Source: Bacilli bacterium
GTDB taxonomy: Bacteria > Bacillota_I > Bacilli_A > ML615J-28 > CAG-698
Length of the DNA: 64,000 nt
Direction: 5' to 3'
NCBI GenBank assembly: GCA_050953045.1
Contig: JBMNLY010000001.1
Coordinates: 156,534-220,533 of the forward strand
Shown here: positions 62,400 through 64,000 of the stretch, in pieces
How positions within the stretch are numbered: position 1 is the first letter of the stretch
Layout of the letters: every line of letters begins with the position of its first letter
Translations under genes and position numbers: made by a program
Notes under the pieces: model-generated
What the model was told of the DNA's origin: nothing
What the model saw: only the letters and a program-made list of their open reading frames with translations
Database searches by the model: none

Positions 62400-62888
62400 T
62401 TACACCTGATATACTATTATTATACTATAAATTACGATAATTATCGTCGCAATGATCATTATATTAAAGTAAACTTTTAAGTTCAGGTTCTGGTAAGAAA
62501 AAAGATTCATAAAGGAACGGAGCGAAAGCGCTAAGGAAAAATAGGAAACCAAGAGAAAAGCCGGAAGAAAAAGCACAATTTCCAGCAACAACAAAAAAAC
62601 AAGTTGCCGAAAGGCGTCCGGAAAAAGTACTGCTAGTAAAGCTCCGAAAAGAAAACCACGAAAAAAAATTATGAGTGATGAAAAAATTAAGCCGATTAGG
62701 GAAAAGCCCATAAGCCAGATTAAAAATATATACCAATAATTCGCAGCAAACACTTCAAGAAAGTTGCGATTGGATGAATGCGGCAAACTCACTCCACGAA
62801 TGAGAAAGATGCCGAAAACCAGACCGGCAAAATAAAGACTAATCGTATAGATGAATATTCGGTCTTTAGCCAGTCGGAACTTTTTCAT
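62400..62888 (-). CDS. multi-pass membrane protein, SpoIIM-like (tentative)
   Basis: 162 aa, 4 hydrophobic helices; sits immediately upstream of xerD where spoIIM is found in many endospore formers. Confidence 0.35.
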   Translation of the reverse strand: MKKFRLAKDRIFIYTISLYFAGLVFGIFLIRGVSLPHSSNRNFLEVFAANYWYIFLIWLMGFSLIGLIFSSLIIFFRGFLFGALLAVLFPDAFRQLVFLLLLEIVLFLPAFLLVSYFSLALSLRSFMNLFSYQNLNLKVYFNIMIIATIIIVIYSIIIVYQV

Positions 62889-62899
62889 ACTCTTCCCCT

Positions 62900-64000
62900 T
62901 TAAATAAAATTAATCAGCACTTCGTTGGACAGATATAAGCTTTTTTCGGGGATATAGAGGTTATCATTTTTTACTGCAAGCAGTTTTAGATTGATTAAAT
63001 TTCTGATAATTGGAAAGGCATCAATGGCGTCGATTCCATATTTCTCTCGAAAAACGGTAAGTTTGATTCCTTCAGTTTTCCTTAGCCCAAGAATCATCTC
63101 TTCGCTCATTTGTTCTTCCAAAGCAAGAACGTTTGCTTCCCTGTAGAGGGGGGTTCCGGAAGCAATGCCTTCACAATAGAGGTCGATATTATTGATATTT
63201 GTATAACGGGTATTTCCTAAATAATAGCTGCTGTTAGCGCCGATCCCTATATAATTCATATTATTCCAATAGGTCAAATTATGTTTGCATTGAAGGTTTT
63301 TCCGTGAGAAATTGCTTATTTCGTAATGGATGAAGCCCCTTTTTTTCAAATAAGAAGTAAGATTTTGGTAAAGTTTCGCTTCCTCATCTTCATCCATTCT
63401 TTCAAATTTTCCTTCATTGTGTAATTTCATTAAGATAGTTTTTTCTTCAAGGATTAATGAATAAGCAGAAATATGGGTTGCGCCATAATTGATTGCTTTT
63501 TTTAGGTCGTTTTTTACTTTTTTAAAATTATCGCCTTTAAGGCCATAGATAATATCCGCATTGATATTTGTAAACCCATATTTACGCAGAAGCGAAAAAG
63601 CTTTTTTAACGTCATGTTCCGTGTGTTTTCGACCCAAAGATTCCAGCTTTTCCGGATCAAAGCTTTGAATGCCGAGGCTGATCCGGTTAACTCCGTTAGT
63701 TTTTAATAGTTCAGCAAGTTCCGGAGTTATATCATTGGGATTTGCTTCAACGGTAAACTCTTCGATTTTATTAAAGTCAATTAATCTTTGCAGATTAGTA
63801 AGGAGAAAATCAAATAAGTTAAAAGGCAGAGAAGTCGGGGTCCCACCTCCGATGAAAATTGTCTTTAAAGCAGAAAAGTAGGACTTTTTCATTTCCGCTT
63901 CTTTTACCAGATGAGAAATATATTTTTGTTTTCTTTCACCCTTGGCGATTAGTTTATAGAAATCACAATAAGTACAAATCGACGAACAAAAGGGAATATG
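62900..64000 (-). CDS. hemW: radical SAM heme chaperone HemW (HemN-like), N-terminus beyond window end
   Basis: GGGTPT...GVNRISLGIQSF; CSSICTYCDFY radical-SAM motif encoded at 63940-63970 upstream of listed ORF start. Confidence 0.8.
   Translation of the reverse strand, partial: HIPFCSSICTYCDFYKLIAKGERKQKYISHLVKEAEMKKSYFSALKTIFIGGGTPTSLPFNLFDFLLTNLQRLIDFNKIEEFTVEANPNDITPELAELLKTNGVNRISLGIQSFDPEKLESLGRKHTEHDVKKAFSLLRKYGFTNINADIIYGLKGDNFKKVKNDLKKAINYGATHISAYSLILEEKTILMKLHNEGKFERMDEDEEAKLYQNLTSYLKKRGFIHYEISNFSRKNLQCKHNLTYWNNMNYIGIGANSSYYLGNTRYTNINNIDLYCEGIASGTPLYREANVLALEEQMSEEMILGLRKTEGIKLTVFREKYGIDAIDAFPIIRNLINLKLLAVKNDNLYIPEKSLYLSNEVLINFI

Overview
Low-GC (about 35%) chromosome segment from an endospore-forming Firmicute whose gene order mirrors the B. 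subtilis yph/yqf/yne regions. The core operons present are cmk-rpsA(fusion)/der/gpsA/spoIVA/hbs, rdgB, rpsU-yqfC-yqfD-phoH-ybeY-cdd-era-yqzL-recO, glyQS-dnaG-sigA-trmK-nif3, yneF/plsY-parE-parC and spoIIM-xerD-deoB plus hemW. Into this backbone are inserted: (i) two near-identical ISLre2-family (UPF0236) insertion sequences in direct orientation (1..847 partial, 12342..14014 full) flanking about 11.5 kb of core genes; (ii) a partial pectin/hexuronate locus (IclR/KdgR-like, uxaC, pectinesterase, GH28, kduD-like, GH88/105, sugar-phosphate isomerase); (iii) an rnfCDGEAB operon with apparent frameshifts in rnfD and rnfE, an RnfD fused to an extra RnfG-like module with two FMN-binding domains, and a short RnfB; (iv) a 4.7-kb composite transposon directly downstream of rnf, made of two identical 1627-bp IS256-family elements (about 50% GC, foreign) bracketing an SDR oxidoreductase gene. 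This transposon is flanked by an 8-bp target duplication GTTAAAAA and split the start of a lipoprotein gene. The SDR gene carries a 146-bp leader plus start-codon segment tandemly triplicated into translationally coupled minigenes. (v) A lineage-specific region (52.1-59.4 kb) is punctuated by 8-9 copies of a near-palindromic motif GAAGATTATCTT at operon boundaries. This region encodes a Zn-ribbon/PP-loop ATPase with a flavodoxin-ferredoxin fusion, an extra flavodoxin, and a 1.1-kb ORF-free stretch. Coordinates derived by hand-counting may be off by 1-2 nt.
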